Positions 30,565 through 43,245 of a DNA stretch of 64,000 bases are shown one piece after another. The DNA comes from Octopus sinensis. Lineage: Eukaryota. Where the stretch lies: the NCBI RefSeq assembly GCF_006345805.1, contig NC_043005.1:93000001-93064000 (forward strand), read 5' to 3'. A program made the position numbers and the translations under genes. Under the pieces are notes generated by a model, which saw only the letters and a program-made list of their open reading frames with translations, ran no database searches and was not told the DNA's origin. Positions within the stretch are counted from its first letter, which is position 1. Every line of letters begins with the position of its first letter.

Positions 30565-30915
30565 TTTTATGGTCAACTGCATGGTACCTTGCGCAAGTGT
30601 CTTCTGCTGTAGCCGTAGGCCAACTAAGGCCTTCTCAGTCGGTTTGGAAGACAGAAACTGAAAAAATTCCGTGTGTGTTTGTGTCTCCTTGTCTTGATAT
30701 CATATGAGAGTTGTAATCATTATTGCAGTGGTGCCCTCCATTTCTGATCTTCTGTGTAAACATGTCCAGTCATGGGGGGAAATATTACTTTGCCTGGAAA
30801 CAAATGACAGTTGGTGACTGAAAGGGCATCTGGTTATAGAAAAGCTGCTTCAATGAACTTCATCTAACCCATGCAAGCATGAAATATTGGATGTAAAAAT
30901 GAGGAGGAGGCGGAT
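30565..30915 (+). mobile_element. CORE-type SINE with RTE-like tail
   Basis: ccttgcgcaagtgtcttctgctgtagcc core; aagggcatctggttatagaaaagc..ggatgtaaaaatgaggagg tail. Confidence 0.7.
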
Positions 30916-33194
30916 GATTGATATTGATTGTCTACCAAAAAATAGAATTTCTATTTTCTCTGAGTCTCATTGCCTCATAATAAATTTGACAGACCTTAGC
31001 AAAAACTAATTTGAAATCTGGCATACCTCTACAAAAGATAGACTGATTTATAAAATTGCTCTCCATAGTTAACAGTAATAAAATTTTGAGTAGATTTCTT
31101 CTTTAAAAGGGTAAAGTAAGCTTAATGCCATTTTCAGATGAACTCTCTGTAAAGCCAATCATTCCGTCATTTAAATAATCAATGATATTGATACTTATCT
31201 GACATGGAAACGTATGTCTCAAAACAAATCTGGTCTATTGCCCTGCTTTCGTTGAATTTACTTTTAGAAATGTGTTTTAGTCTTTAAAAAAAAAAATCCT
31301 TCTTTTCCATTTTAATTGGTAGTTATGTGATCAGTTTCTATGAGCTTCCAACAAATGGAATCAGCTTTTTTTTGATTCCCAGTTGATTAGCTTTGAGAAA
31401 ATAAAGTGTATGAAGGTTGCAAATTTTCATCTCTATGAATATTTAACATCAAAACTTTGTGTTTATTTTAAAGAGAAATAATTTCATCAAAAATGAGAAT
31501 TTGTTTTTTGAAACCTAATTTCCCTGTTTAATCCTTGATAGATATCTATACATGTTTTAATTTATGTTGCTATCAGTAACAATAATAATAATTACATGAA
31601 ATAGAATGCAACAAATCTCTTCACTGCAGCAGTCTGCTGTGTTGTGTACTTTAATTTTTTTTACTCAAATTTATTTTGCAAACAAAAAGGGAAAAATAGA
31701 AAAGAAAATACTATCAGTATATTTAAAAAAAAAAATTTTTGCTATGCAATTTATATTTGTAAATATAAGTTCTCTAAAATGGTAAAAAAAACCCCAATTT
31801 TTAATTATCTTTGTATCTCAATGTCTTTTAAAAAATTTTTTTGGACCCTCCTATCTTGATGATTAACATTTAATTTTCGTTCCATGTTACTACAAAATGG
31901 TTGGCACCCAAAAGTAGGGAGTGATTCTGATAGTTTCACCAAAAGAAATCTCATAAGCTGTAGACAGACTAGTTTCGACCTGTAGTTTTGGGAATCTAAT
32001 ATTTCTTCATTTTAAGAATTTTATTTGTAAGGTTTCAAAATGCATTTTCTGTTTGTAACTACGTAGATGCTTCCATGGCTGGTACTTTAAAAAATGTTCT
32101 GCTAGTTCTTTTTAGATATTTTGGCTAAATATTTGGCACACTGTCAATTCCAAAAGCCTTCATGATTTTGCTGTTTTATAATACCTGTTAATTCCTCATT
32201 TGTCTCTTCCCTATTTTATTCTGATATTATTAAAAAAACTCTTTTGTTAATTTTTTTGGTTTTGTCTATGATGCATCCATGTATCTCACTATAAAAGACA
32301 AATGGAAATGAACCCAGATATTTTACAAAACACACATTCTGAAATCGAAAAAATAAAATAAATAAAAAAAGGAACAAAAACAACATTGTGACATTTTGTG
32401 AGAACATTGTGAGTTGTAGTTTTGGCTATGATACACACGCACGCACTTTACAGTTTTGTCAAAACTAGGTAATTCTGTGGGGTTTAAATGAAATCCAGTC
32501 AGGGGAAGAAGAACAATGTCACAAAAGAGTGTAGAGAAAAAATGTTCATACTTGCACCTCTTGAAAAATGAAGGGGCTTTCAGTGTATCCCCAACAAAGC
32601 AAGTCAAAGAATATTTGATGGCCATGTGAGATACTGCACTTGCCATTGGCTGTAACTGAACATGTGGAAGTGTCTGCTTGGTCTGCAAGACCAAGGGTAA
32701 GTCAAAAGCACAGGCTGAGTTTTAGTGCCATAGACTGAACCAGTGTGATGCAGAGGCCACAGCCAGGGACATTGGTATTGACATATAACTCTGGCTTGCT
32801 TCTTTTATAGCTCAGTATAGGCAGATGGTCACTGCATGGGGGACCAAAATTGTGTGGTTAGTAGGGATCAAAACCCTCCCAGAAACCCACCTTTTTTTTA
32901 GAATTGTTCAATCTCATTCATATTTTCTTATATTTCTAGTTATGCTCTGGTTCGGCTCTCATTGATCAGCAGTCTGTAGGTGTCCTAAAAATCTAGTTTA
33001 TTTACTTCATTTGTTTCATACATTTTAGTTCTATTTTTATGGCTTGTGTTTTCAAGGTTTTTATTTTCGTCGGCCATTTTGTGTTTGATATTTGTATTAA
33101 CATGGTGTATTCTTCTTTTATACATGTTCTGTTGTAATTTCTACTGTTTTCACTTTGGAAATATATCTTCTTAAATTAGCCAATTGGTTTGAAT

Positions 33195-33355
33195 CCAGTG
33201 ATCTATGTGCTAAGTAGATTGCTTACAAACCACATGGTTTTAGGTTCAGTCCCACTGCGTGACACCTTTGGCAAGTGTCTTCTACTATAGCCTTGGACCA
33301 ACCAAAGCCTTGTGAGTGGATTTGGTAGACAGAAACTGAAAGAAGCCCGTCGTGT

Positions 33356-33403
<48 letters not shown>

Positions 33404-33598
33404 CTGTGTTTATCTCACCAACATCGCTTGACAACCAATGCTGGTGTGTTTATGTCCCCGTAACTTAGCAGTTCGGCAAAAGAGACTGATAGAATAAGTA
33501 CTTGGCTCACAAAGAATAAGTCCTGGGATCGATGTATTCGACTAAAGGCAGTGCTCCAGCATGGCCACAGTCAAATGACTGAAACAAGTAAAAGAGTA
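33195..33598 (+). mobile_element. Near full-length CORE-type SINE with internal TA/TG tract and CR1-type tail
   Basis: Head, core (ttggcaagtgtcttctactatagcc), internal microsatellite, and tail aaggcagtgctccagcatggccacagtcaaatgactgaaacaagtaaaaga. Confidence 0.88.
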
Positions 33599-33639
33599 TA
33601 TGGTCAGAGTTTCATTTTATAGCTAGTGTGTTGCTGCAA

Positions 33640-34330
33640 TGCATGTGGAATAGAAACATATTGTGTCCCTGTTATGTTTTTACGTTTTATTTGCAAGCCT
33701 GGCTCTTTGTTTAGATGGTTATCATTTTTGTCAAGTACTGGTTCACCACTTTCTGACAACATTGAGTTTTGCCATTTTTCAAACACTTTACACATCAGAT
33801 GTAGAATATGCATTCCTTTTTGCTTTCTGGGAGGAATGGCACTGGTTTATATTTTTGTGTGTGATGGTGTCAGGATTGAATTGGTTCAGTGCTCATATCC
33901 ACAGTGCTGCAACAGTTTGTTTACATGTGATATCAGATTGCCAAATACTGTGAACTTTGGTAATACATCAATGGCAATTTTTTTGCATTCTAAATTCAAA
34001 TCTGTTTTTGGTGGGTTTTTTTTTCTTCTTCTTTTCATATCACGACTGTTGGTAAAACACATACCAGTAATGTACTATTGCTGAGTCATTCCACTATATT
34101 TATTCCCTGCAAAGATTTGGCTTTGTGCCACTGCCAAAAAAATTTTGTATTGTTGGCTTTTCAGAAAATTTCCTGCAAATTTTTTATCACACCACTAGGT
34201 CCACTTCTGTAGACAGACAAATTCTTATAGTTTTATTGGTCATTTGTGGTGCTGTTTTTAGCATTGCACTTGAGCATTAAGGGCTGACTGTTTATGGGCA
34301 GTGCAGATCATCTTATAGTATTGGGAAAAT
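33640..34330 (-). mobile_element. Possible heavily decayed piggyBac transposase C-terminal remnant
   Basis: Minus-strand pieces KPNLCRE, KKIAIDVLPKFTVFGNLISHVNK and CKVFEK..SESGEPVL loosely follow the order of piggyBac C-terminal motifs, with many stops. Confidence 0.25.
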
Positions 34331-34419
34331 CATTTATGGGATGTCTGTCCTAGATCATATGTAGGATGTGTTCCGGTATTGAGAGAATTTTGTGTAGAAG
34401 GTGTCTGAGGTAATAATCA

Positions 34420-34630
34420 TTATCAACATTGAACGTCTGTCTTCCATACTGGAATAGTTTGGATGGCTTGACGGGAACTGGCAAGACCAGGGCCCTGCAC
34501 CAGATTCCATAGCCTGTTTTGCATGGTTTCTTCGGCTGAATGCCCTTCCTAGCACCAACCACTTTACAGATTGTGCAGGGTGCTTGTTCTGTGGCACCAG
34601 CACCCACACCAATGCTTTTTACGTGGTAAC
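34420..34630 (-). mobile_element. Diverged RTE-type 3' UTR fragment
   Basis: cggctgaatgcccttcctagcaccaaccactttacag..tgtggcaccagcac. Confidence 0.6.
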
Positions 34631-35081
34631 TTGGTTTTATGATCTCGTCGTCGTCGTCGTCGTTGTCGTTGTCGACTCCTCCTCCTCCTCCTCTGTGCGC
34701 GTGAGTATTCCAGCATGGAACATAGACATTAAATGATGATGGTGATGTTTTATTCTTTTATGCTCTCTTATTACATTTAGCCAACTTTTATTCACTTTTG
34801 AGTATTTTTCTAACCTCGCAGTGCTTGCTTTATGATAATTTATCTATTTATAGCCAACTGTTTCCTTTCTATGTGATTGATAGTCAAATTATGTCTATAA
34901 CCTTTTAGACTTGATGAACTAAGGCAGCAGACTAGTTTTCTGATTTCTCTCTCTCTAAGCTCCTCAATTTATTTCTCTTCAAATTCATTATACTGCTGCT
35001 GCTGCCATAGTTTTACGGCCAGGTCAGCTTCTCTATTTAAACCTTTTGTTTTATTTATGACAGTTTTGCTTTATAATATTA

Positions 35082-35481
35082 CTAGCAGTATCGCCCGGCG
35101 TTGCTCGGGTTTGTAAGGGAAATAACTATATAAGCATTTTTAGAGAGTTATAGCCAAAAAATAGCAAAAAAAAATGCATTAAAAATGGAAAAAAAAGGAT
35201 GGTAAATTTTTTTTAAAATCGTTGACTCATCGTAGACATTTTTAGAGAGTTACTTCCCTTATATAATAGCGAAAAAATGCATTAAAATGGAAAAAAATTA
35301 TGGTAAATTTTTTTTTAAATCGTAGACTCATCATAGACGCGCGCTAATACCCAGAAGGGCTCGATATGAATCATGACTATAAGATACCCGGTTTTGGTTA
35401 AACTGCACCACAAAATGTGGGAGTAGTTAGGAATCTAAATCGTAGGAGACAGACACACAACCTTACTTTTATATATAAAGA
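35082..35481 (-). mobile_element. Complete 400 bp non-autonomous Helitron
   Basis: On the minus strand it begins TC (tctttatatataaaag) and ends with hairpin cccgagcaacgccggg then atactgCTAG. It is inserted between host A and T with no TSD and has an internal ~100 bp tandem subrepeat. Confidence 0.85.
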
Positions 35482-35851
35482 TTAGTCTGACTCTTGTAAT
35501 TTTCTGTTCATCACTTGGTTATAGCTTTCTCCAATATTCTGTGTTGTGTTCTCTTATTCTAATTAAATGTCTGACTAAATCTCAGTGTCGAATTAAATAT
35601 TTAAAGCCATTAATTTATCCCTTTGGGTGGGCTTTGTACATTTGTTTAATCTCAAACTCATTTAACACCCTCACTGAGTCCATGTAAAGTTTTAGTGAGC
35701 CTGACCACTATGGATGGGTGTGAATCATTTCTGTGCAGGTGACAGCTTATGACTCATTCATACCTCAGGCAGTTTGATTTCACAGATTTATTAGGGGTGC
35801 CACAATCAGACAGAAGAGTCTATCATTGTCACCACCTCCATCATGGTGGTG

Positions 35852-35902
<51 letters not shown>

Positions 35903-35989
35903 AAGCTATTATATGCCAATTTAATTTACAGAGATGTTGCCCAAGGTCTGGTGACAAAAGAAATCCCCTCAGAACTCAAATTTTTTTCT

Positions 35990-36125
35990 TTTAAGGATTC
36001 TCCCGATTACAGGAGTGTACTTGACTCCAGGTCTACAATATGTGTATCAATTACAGTACCTTTCAACCTATTGGGTACGAGTTTGGGTATTGTGCTGCAT
36101 ACTTCAATTACCATAGGAACAAATT
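35990..36125 (-). mobile_element. Possible R4/Dong-type LINE C-terminal remnant
   Basis: FVPMVIEVCSTIPKLVPNRLKGTVIDTHIVDLESSTLL resembles the VPIVIGALGTIPK..L..L......LQK..LL terminus. Confidence 0.35.
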
Positions 36126-36136
36126 ATTCTATAATA

Positions 36137-36360
36137 AGGCAGTGAGCTAGCAGAATCGTTAGCATGCTGGGCAAAATGCTAAGCGGTATTTTGCCTGTCA
36201 TTACTTCTTGAGTTTAAATTCCACCAAGGTCGACTTTGCCTTTCATCCTTTCAGGGGTCGATAAATTAAGTACCAGTGAAACACTGGGGTCAATGTAATC
36301 AACTAGTCCCCTCCCTTCAAATTTGAGGCCTTGTGCCTTCAGTAGACAGGATTATTATTA
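36137..36360 (+). mobile_element. Meta/MESC-type SINE, well preserved
   Basis: aaggcagtgagctagcagaatcgttagc..gtcgactttgcctttcatcctttcaggggtcgataaattaagtaccag..aggccttgtgcc. Confidence 0.88.
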
Positions 36361-37438
36361 TTATTATTATTATTAAGGTATCAAGCTGTCAGAATCATTG
36401 GTGCATCAGCCAAAATTTCTTCTGTTTTGAGTTGAAATCCCTCTGGAGTCAACTTTGCCTTTCATCCAGAGTTGTTGGAATAAAATTCTAGTCAGGCACT
36501 GAGGTCTATGTAATGTGACTGTCCCCTTCTTCATAAAACTGCTGGTCGTGTGAAAAGATTTCTTTAAGAGCATAGTAGCTACCAGAATTAGTATAATATT
36601 TGATAAGTATTTTGTAGTGTTTAGTTACATCTCTTTACATTCCAAGTTCAAATCCATTTTAGGGTTGATAACCTAAGAACCAGTTATTAAATCAACGACA
36701 GATCTTCTGCAAAACAAGTGCCTTATACCTCTGTTAGAAATCAGTGATATTGTTGTTACGAAAGTAAAGTGCAAGTCTAAATGCTTTGGGATGTTCAGTT
36801 TCTCAGCCCTTTATAACCCAGTCCAGGTTCAGTTCCATTGATGTTGACTGTTTTTCATTCTTCTAGGTCTTTTTTCGATTTGCTTTTCTCTTGCAGTGAG
36901 ATACAAGTCGTTTTTCTATGTGTTTGTGGAAAGGGCTCCATAGAATTCGTGCTTGGTCTCTGTTTTAACTATTCGTATAGATCATTGTTCTCGTACAAAG
37001 ACAGTTTCTACACTTTACATATATTGGTCCTTTCATCCAAATGGTCCTCTCTAACACTTTTATTTCTCTGATAAGATCTTATATTTCTCCTTATGTGCAT
37101 AAACTTAATCTTACAGGATGGATCTCAGAATTTTTAATCCTTTCACTGCTGGATTTCTGTTAAGACATATTGCTTTTGTTTTTAATTACTTTTTGGAAAT
37201 AACAAAGAATTTAGTTGAATGCCTGTCATATTAAGCTGGCATTTAGAACATAAATTAATATGGAATTTTTGATAGAAGGTTTTAAATCTAGATCATTCTA
37301 AAACAGGAATGTTTTATTCTAAAACCAAGGGTGGTCTCAGGTGGGGTGTTATTAAATGGGTTATTGTTGTTCAGGTGATAGATTTACAGTTCTTTGGATT
37401 AGTGGTGCCAGAGATTTTAGGGATGAGATTTTCTATCT

Positions 37439-37664
37439 TTATGGTAAATTTTTTTTTAAATCGTAGACTCATCATAGACGCGCGCTAATACCCAGAAGGG
37501 CTCGATATGAATCACGACTATAAGATACCTGGTTTTGGTTAAACTGCACCGCAAAATGTGGGAGTAGTTAGGAATCTAAATCGTAGGAGACAGACACACA
37601 ACCTTACTTTTATATATAAAGATTAGTCTGACTCTTGTAATTTTCTGTTCATCACTTGGTTATA
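37439..37664. repeat. 226 bp duplicate of 35298-35523 (Helitron 5' part plus 42 bp of host flank)
   Basis: Direct comparison shows only three substitutions. Confidence 0.95.
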
Positions 37665-40027
37665 CTTGTTAACACCAGTTAACATCACTTGTTAACACCA
37701 GTTTAATGTTATTTCTGATTGTTCTGGCTGGTTGTTAAATATATTTCAAAGTGTGTCTTTGAGAGGAGATAATTCTCGAGGTTTGTCCCTCCATTGATTC
37801 CGTGGGGTTGTTTTAATTTCTAGTTTTTGTTCTAAAGTTTATTGTTGTTGTTGTTGTCATACTTGTAATGTTGATACCCTCGAATCTTTAGTTTGGTGGT
37901 TTATAGTTTTGAGGCTCATCTGCCAGAACCATTAACATGTCTGACAAATAATCGACTTTCTCTTTCCATCCTTTTGGAGTCAGTCAGATTAAGTATCAGT
38001 TAAAAAATGGAGTCAAAATTGCTGGACTTGTGCCAAAATTAGAATTGTTTAGTTTTTTTCTTCTGGATTCAATAATCAGAGTACCAGTAATATTTTTGGA
38101 GGCTTTTCATTCAGCCTTCTCTACTTTCTTGAATATTCTTCTGCCTAACACTGAAATACATTATCATCATCTTCATCATCATTAATTTTATCTCATTTAC
38201 ATTATTAATGGTGTTGTGAAAATACAAACCCTGCACATTTCCATTTTCTACTTCTAATACGATTCGGCTTCGTATTTTCATAAGAGACTTATCATCTAAG
38301 ATTCATAATCCATCAATTTGATTTGTTAGTATGGGGTCTTCCTCCTCACCGGTGTGTTAGGGTTTGTTTTTTTCTTCTTCTTCTTCTTCTTTCAGTGTAT
38401 CTGATAACTATTCTCTCCCTATTACCGGCTCCTTACATTATTGAAATAGTTTCATAACTAGATAGGGGAGGTAACCCTTTTATCCCCTGCCTCTGAGAGA
38501 GCCAGCACAGACATTTACAGCAAACAGAGTCACCCAAGTTGGTAGTAACTCTTAAATAAGGGTGTCCATCCACTGTAAAACTATCCCCAAAATAGAAATG
38601 TGAATTCCATATAATGCAATAATTCCATATAATGCAATAATGAGAAAGGCAGTAGCTCTGAATAAGATCTCTGAATGATATAGAGGGGACTTTAGACCTG
38701 CCACAAGATAGCTTCTCTAGAGCTGGTGGATGAGTAAAATGCATCCATTATCCATTCTATACTGTAAAGTGGGAGATAATAGGAAGAACAGTCAACAGTA
38801 AAAAATTTTGGTAAAAATATGGAATGTTTAATTGAAATAAGAACTCTATAATTCACATTGCAAACTTCTTGTCGAAGAGGACAGTAGTTTAAAAGAAAAA
38901 CTGAAACAGAGTAAAAGATGGGGTTGTTTGTTACTATAAAATGTACCAAGTCCAAACAAACAATCATTTAGAGGTGTAAAATATTGTCACATTTTCTGTT
39001 TGAACCTAAGAAGAAATTTCTCATTAAGCAGTGTAGCCTATCACTTAATTACTTGGTAATTTGCAAAATTTCAGATACAAAGGTGCAGGTTTATGGCCCA
39101 CAACTTTGAAAAGAACAAATGTGTGCAAAAATGCACACACGCATGCACACATACACACACTTTCTTAAAATTAAATAGAATACTAGACTATGTTGTTTCT
39201 TTCTTTGCAATAATTTTTATTTTCAATAGAGTTAAAATTAGATTTTAAATTAAATTTTTTTAAATCCTACAAATAATTATTTTTTTTTTAAAAATAATTA
39301 ATAATAAAATGCAAGAATTTGGTGTGAAATGAAAAGTAAAAGTTAGTGGATAATTATTATGCTGGTTAGAAATACTCTGTGATGGTTTTGGGAATATATA
39401 GTCATTCTAAGAGCAAGTTTTGGAAATAGAGAATAAATTGCAGCATCTTTTTAACTTGACAGTCTTAGAGGTTTGTTTGTCTTTGTGATCAATGCTATGT
39501 CAGCATTCTTCGTATTACAGAATGAGAATAGTCTGCATTCTATATTGCTTTGCATGAATCAATAACTGCAAGTCAAAACAATATTGACTCATAATGAGAA
39601 CATATAGAAAGTTATTTGTACAAAAAAAAATGGCTCTGCTAAATCTAGTGAGCCAGACATATTTATTTTGAAGGCATGTCTTGGTGTTTTAATAATAATT
39701 TAAGATTACTGAGCACCAACAGCAAACTGTTGTAATACTCTTCTAGAAAAGTGGAGATACTAACAGACCATTTTATTGAGAAATCGGCATGAAGCAGTAG
39801 GCTCTTTAGAGTTTGCTACATCAGTAAATCTAATAAAAACCATTTGAGTATTAATAAAAAATTAAAATATGGAAATTGTTCTGTGTTATATATCTAAATT
39901 TTTAAAATTAATATTTCTATCCATGATAAATTTTTCTGGTCTGTTAACCTCCATATATTTTGTTGTTTTATAATAAAAGTAAAAAATGCTTCTATCCATT
40001 TAATCTTCATTTGTTATTAACGGCTCT

Positions 40028-40240
40028 AAAGCAGCAAGCTGGTAGAATAATTGTTAGCGTTGGAAACATTGCCTTGTAGCATTTATTCCATCCACTATGC
40101 ATCCTGAGTCCAAATCCCTTCTGAGATCAAATCTGACTTTAAAATAAAGAACCAGTCAAGTACTGGGGTCAATGTCATCAACTTACCCCCTCCCCTCAAA
40201 ATTGGTGGTGGTGGCCTTGTGCCAAAATCAGAAAGCATTA
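40028..40240 (+). mobile_element. Meta/MESC-type SINE, degenerate
   Basis: aaagcagcaagctggtagaataattgttagc..accagtcaagtactggggtcaatgtcatcaacttaccccc..ggccttgtgccaaaa. Confidence 0.65.
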
Positions 40241-41729
40241 TTAGCCACTATGTATGTAGAGTCATCTGCTCAAGCTGGGATGGCATTCATGGTCCAACTT
40301 CCCACTGGTGGTTGTAAATGAATTTGACATGCTGGGAGAATTTACAAATTTTGCATTTTGCTATGTTTGAACAGATTTAAAATAAACCATTGTGAAAGGA
40401 TTATCAAGTCCAGTTGTGGATTCTGAATGAAGATTTATGAACCTTCCCTCTGAAAAATTCTTTTCAATAAACCCCCATAGGGGCAGGTTTTATATTGTTT
40501 CGGATCCACATGAAGCTGATATTGTAGCAAGTTCTTGGCATCAATATGCATGGACGTGTAGTATGCCTTATACAATTCTTTTTATTCTTCTTTTTTTTTT
40601 CATGACGGTGAAACCAGATGTTGTTTAACAATAAAAATATCTCCTGCCTGTTGTTTGTTGAGATAACATTGTTGTTCATTAAAAAAAAGAAAGAAACAGT
40701 GTAAAAGGGAGCCACAATTGCAACTGCAGAGTTCAAATGCAAGTAATATCATGGCACCATATAAGATTAAACACTGATATAAAAAGCTGATGTAAATAGA
40801 AACAAACTAGTGTGATAAACAAAAGAAGAAATACGCTAATTAATTGATTGATTTTCAGTTTATCAGCTAGTGTTGTACTGTAATTATCAAAGAAGTCTAA
40901 TTAATAGTAATCAAGTGAGATTGTGTTATTGATTATTGCAATGAAATTCACATTTATATATATGTGTGTGTGCATGCATATACAAGCATGTATGCACGTG
41001 CACACACACACACATCTTAAAATCTATATTTTTGTGGTTGTGTATTTTATGATGATTTGATGTTTGTTTATTATATAATATTGGCAAAAAGAGAGAGGTA
41101 AGAGATGGGACATGATGAAGATTCTGATATACAGAAGCCAAAATTAACATGGAAATAGCTGGAAAGCTGTATAATCACAGGCCCTTTGCAACATATTGTT
41201 CTTTGTAATTTTTTACATACTTAATTTTTATTCTTTTCCTGGTGATATTGCATTATTTTTTTATGCATAATTCTAATATATACTCCCAGATGGGTTTTTT
41301 TCCAAATAGACACTGCCCTTTCATAACTACATTTAAAATAATTCAATAAAATGAAAGTTTAATCAGTGGTGGTCACAATATGATTTGATTCTCATTTCAT
41401 TCCTACCTTAACGATACACAGCATCAATTGCAATGCTTAGAGTTCATCATTGAATTTAAAAGGAATGTTGAAATGGTATTGTACTAATTGGGCTATTTAA
41501 TTTGCAAGTAGTTCATATCAGCTGAAATAACCTTGTTCTAATCTTGTTGAGGATAACCTAGTTTTATTTCTGCTCCACTGAATTAATTATAGAAAGGTTA
41601 TAGCTGAGAAAATTTTTAGTCAAAAGGTAAAAGTATAGCGCTGGATCTCATATACACTCACATAAAAGAAACAGTTGTTGTGCACCTGAACACTGTGTAC
41701 AAGAAAGAAAAAAAAAAGCCATCAGGTGT

Positions 41730-42620
41730 ACTGTTGGCAGATTTCAGGAAGCATGGAAGTTTAGAAGCATGTAGTGTCTTGACAGCTAATGACATATACA
41801 GATGGCTTATTCTGTGCTTCAACAAGTCTGAGTGTGAAAAAATGTTTTTTTTTGATTTTGTGAGCATGTCCACAAGTGTTTGACATATGGAATTCAAAAA
41901 GGTGTCCAAGGTTGTTGTTGGAAAGATGGTGGATAACCTTGTGGGTGTCTACCAAGTCAATTGCCAGACGTCTGAATGTCTTACTTCCCTGGGTATGGAC
42001 ACATTAAAGCTCAGGGAAGATGTCCGATGGTGGGTATTTGTTTTGTTGCACATACCTGAACAGTTTCCCAGAATTTTATTTGCTGAGCAAGATAGGGGTT
42101 CCTGAGTGTTGATGCAAATTCTAAGTGTAGATGTACCATTGTCATAAACAGTTTTAAATAAATAGCTGGAGAGCGGCTGACAAAGGTTTTACTGAGTGAC
42201 ACCAGGACACCCATCAGCCTTCTTGACAATCTTAGAGATGTGGTTTGTCCAACGCAGATCGCTGTTTACAGATCACGCTTGCTAGAAGACTTCTTGAGAT
42301 TGGTGCTGCTGAGGGAGTATGAAAAGGCTGGGTTTTCCCTCCCAAAGTGCATGCTGATGCATTTGTCCACAGCTAGTTTGAGTTGCCAGTCAGAGATCCA
42401 TTGCTGCATTGTGTGCAGGTCTGATTGCAGGAAATATCTATTGCACATAGGATCTGCTCTTTTTATTTCAAGGTACAGCTTGATGTAATCTGCACATTTC
42501 AACACTGTACCATTCCTCTAGTTGGCATCTATGCCATCAGTAATTGAAATAACTTGACCGACAGACACAGAACAAACCTATCAAAATACTTAGTGTAGAA
42601 CCTTTTATATCAATGTATCA
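41730..42620 (-). mobile_element. CR1-clade LINE, reverse transcriptase C-terminal fragment with frameshifts
   Basis: LKCADYIKLY..LQSDLHTMQQWISDWQLKLAVDKCISMHFGRENP..RDL; LFMTMVHLHLEFASTLRNPYL..ETVQVCATKQIP; RRLAIDLVDTHKVIH..NTCGHAHKI. These are canonical CR1 motifs in the correct order. Confidence 0.88.
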
Positions 42621-43157
42621 TCAGTGCTTTATCAGACTGAATAAAAACAGGAAAACCAGATTGACCAAAGTGGATTTTAATCTTTGAACAAGTAAACTAG
42701 CAAGCATTTTTGTCACTTGATTCAGCTGAGATGTTTTACAAGTGTAGACATGCCTTAAACAGCTTTTGTTTCATGAACTTTTTTGCCATGACCTCTTCCC
42801 TTGGTATTGGGTTTACTGTCCTAATGACAAGCAATTTGATTAGTAATGATGTACTTTAACAAGTTGGTGTGGTTAAATAAAGGCTATCATGTGTAGTTTG
42901 TGTTGTTCAAGCTACTCTTTTTGTATATTAAAACTTTTTTTTGCCTCTTCACTGTTTAACCCCTTTGATACTTCTAGAATACAAAGCCTTCCAGATTAGT
43001 TAAGCTTTGTATTCTAGAATGAAAGGAAAAACACACGACAGCATTATGGTCATTAAATATTTCACTACTATTAGAGGCTCTTGTCTTTCTTTACAAAATT
43101 TTAAAATGGGCAAAGAGTAAATGCTGAAGTTTCTTTATTCTACAGTAAAGGATGTCT

Positions 43158-43245
<88 letters not shown>
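43158..43245. repeat. (CT)n(CA)n microsatellite
   Basis: Seen directly in the sequence. Confidence 0.95.

Noticed and set aside
32590-32700. Strong donor caagg|gtaagt at about 32697
   Set aside because: All three upstream frames are closed and the neighbourhood looks like an old repeat.
38433-38967. Two overlapping minus-strand ORFs of about 100 aa
   Set aside because: No LINE or host-protein motif could be aligned and no splice structure was seen.
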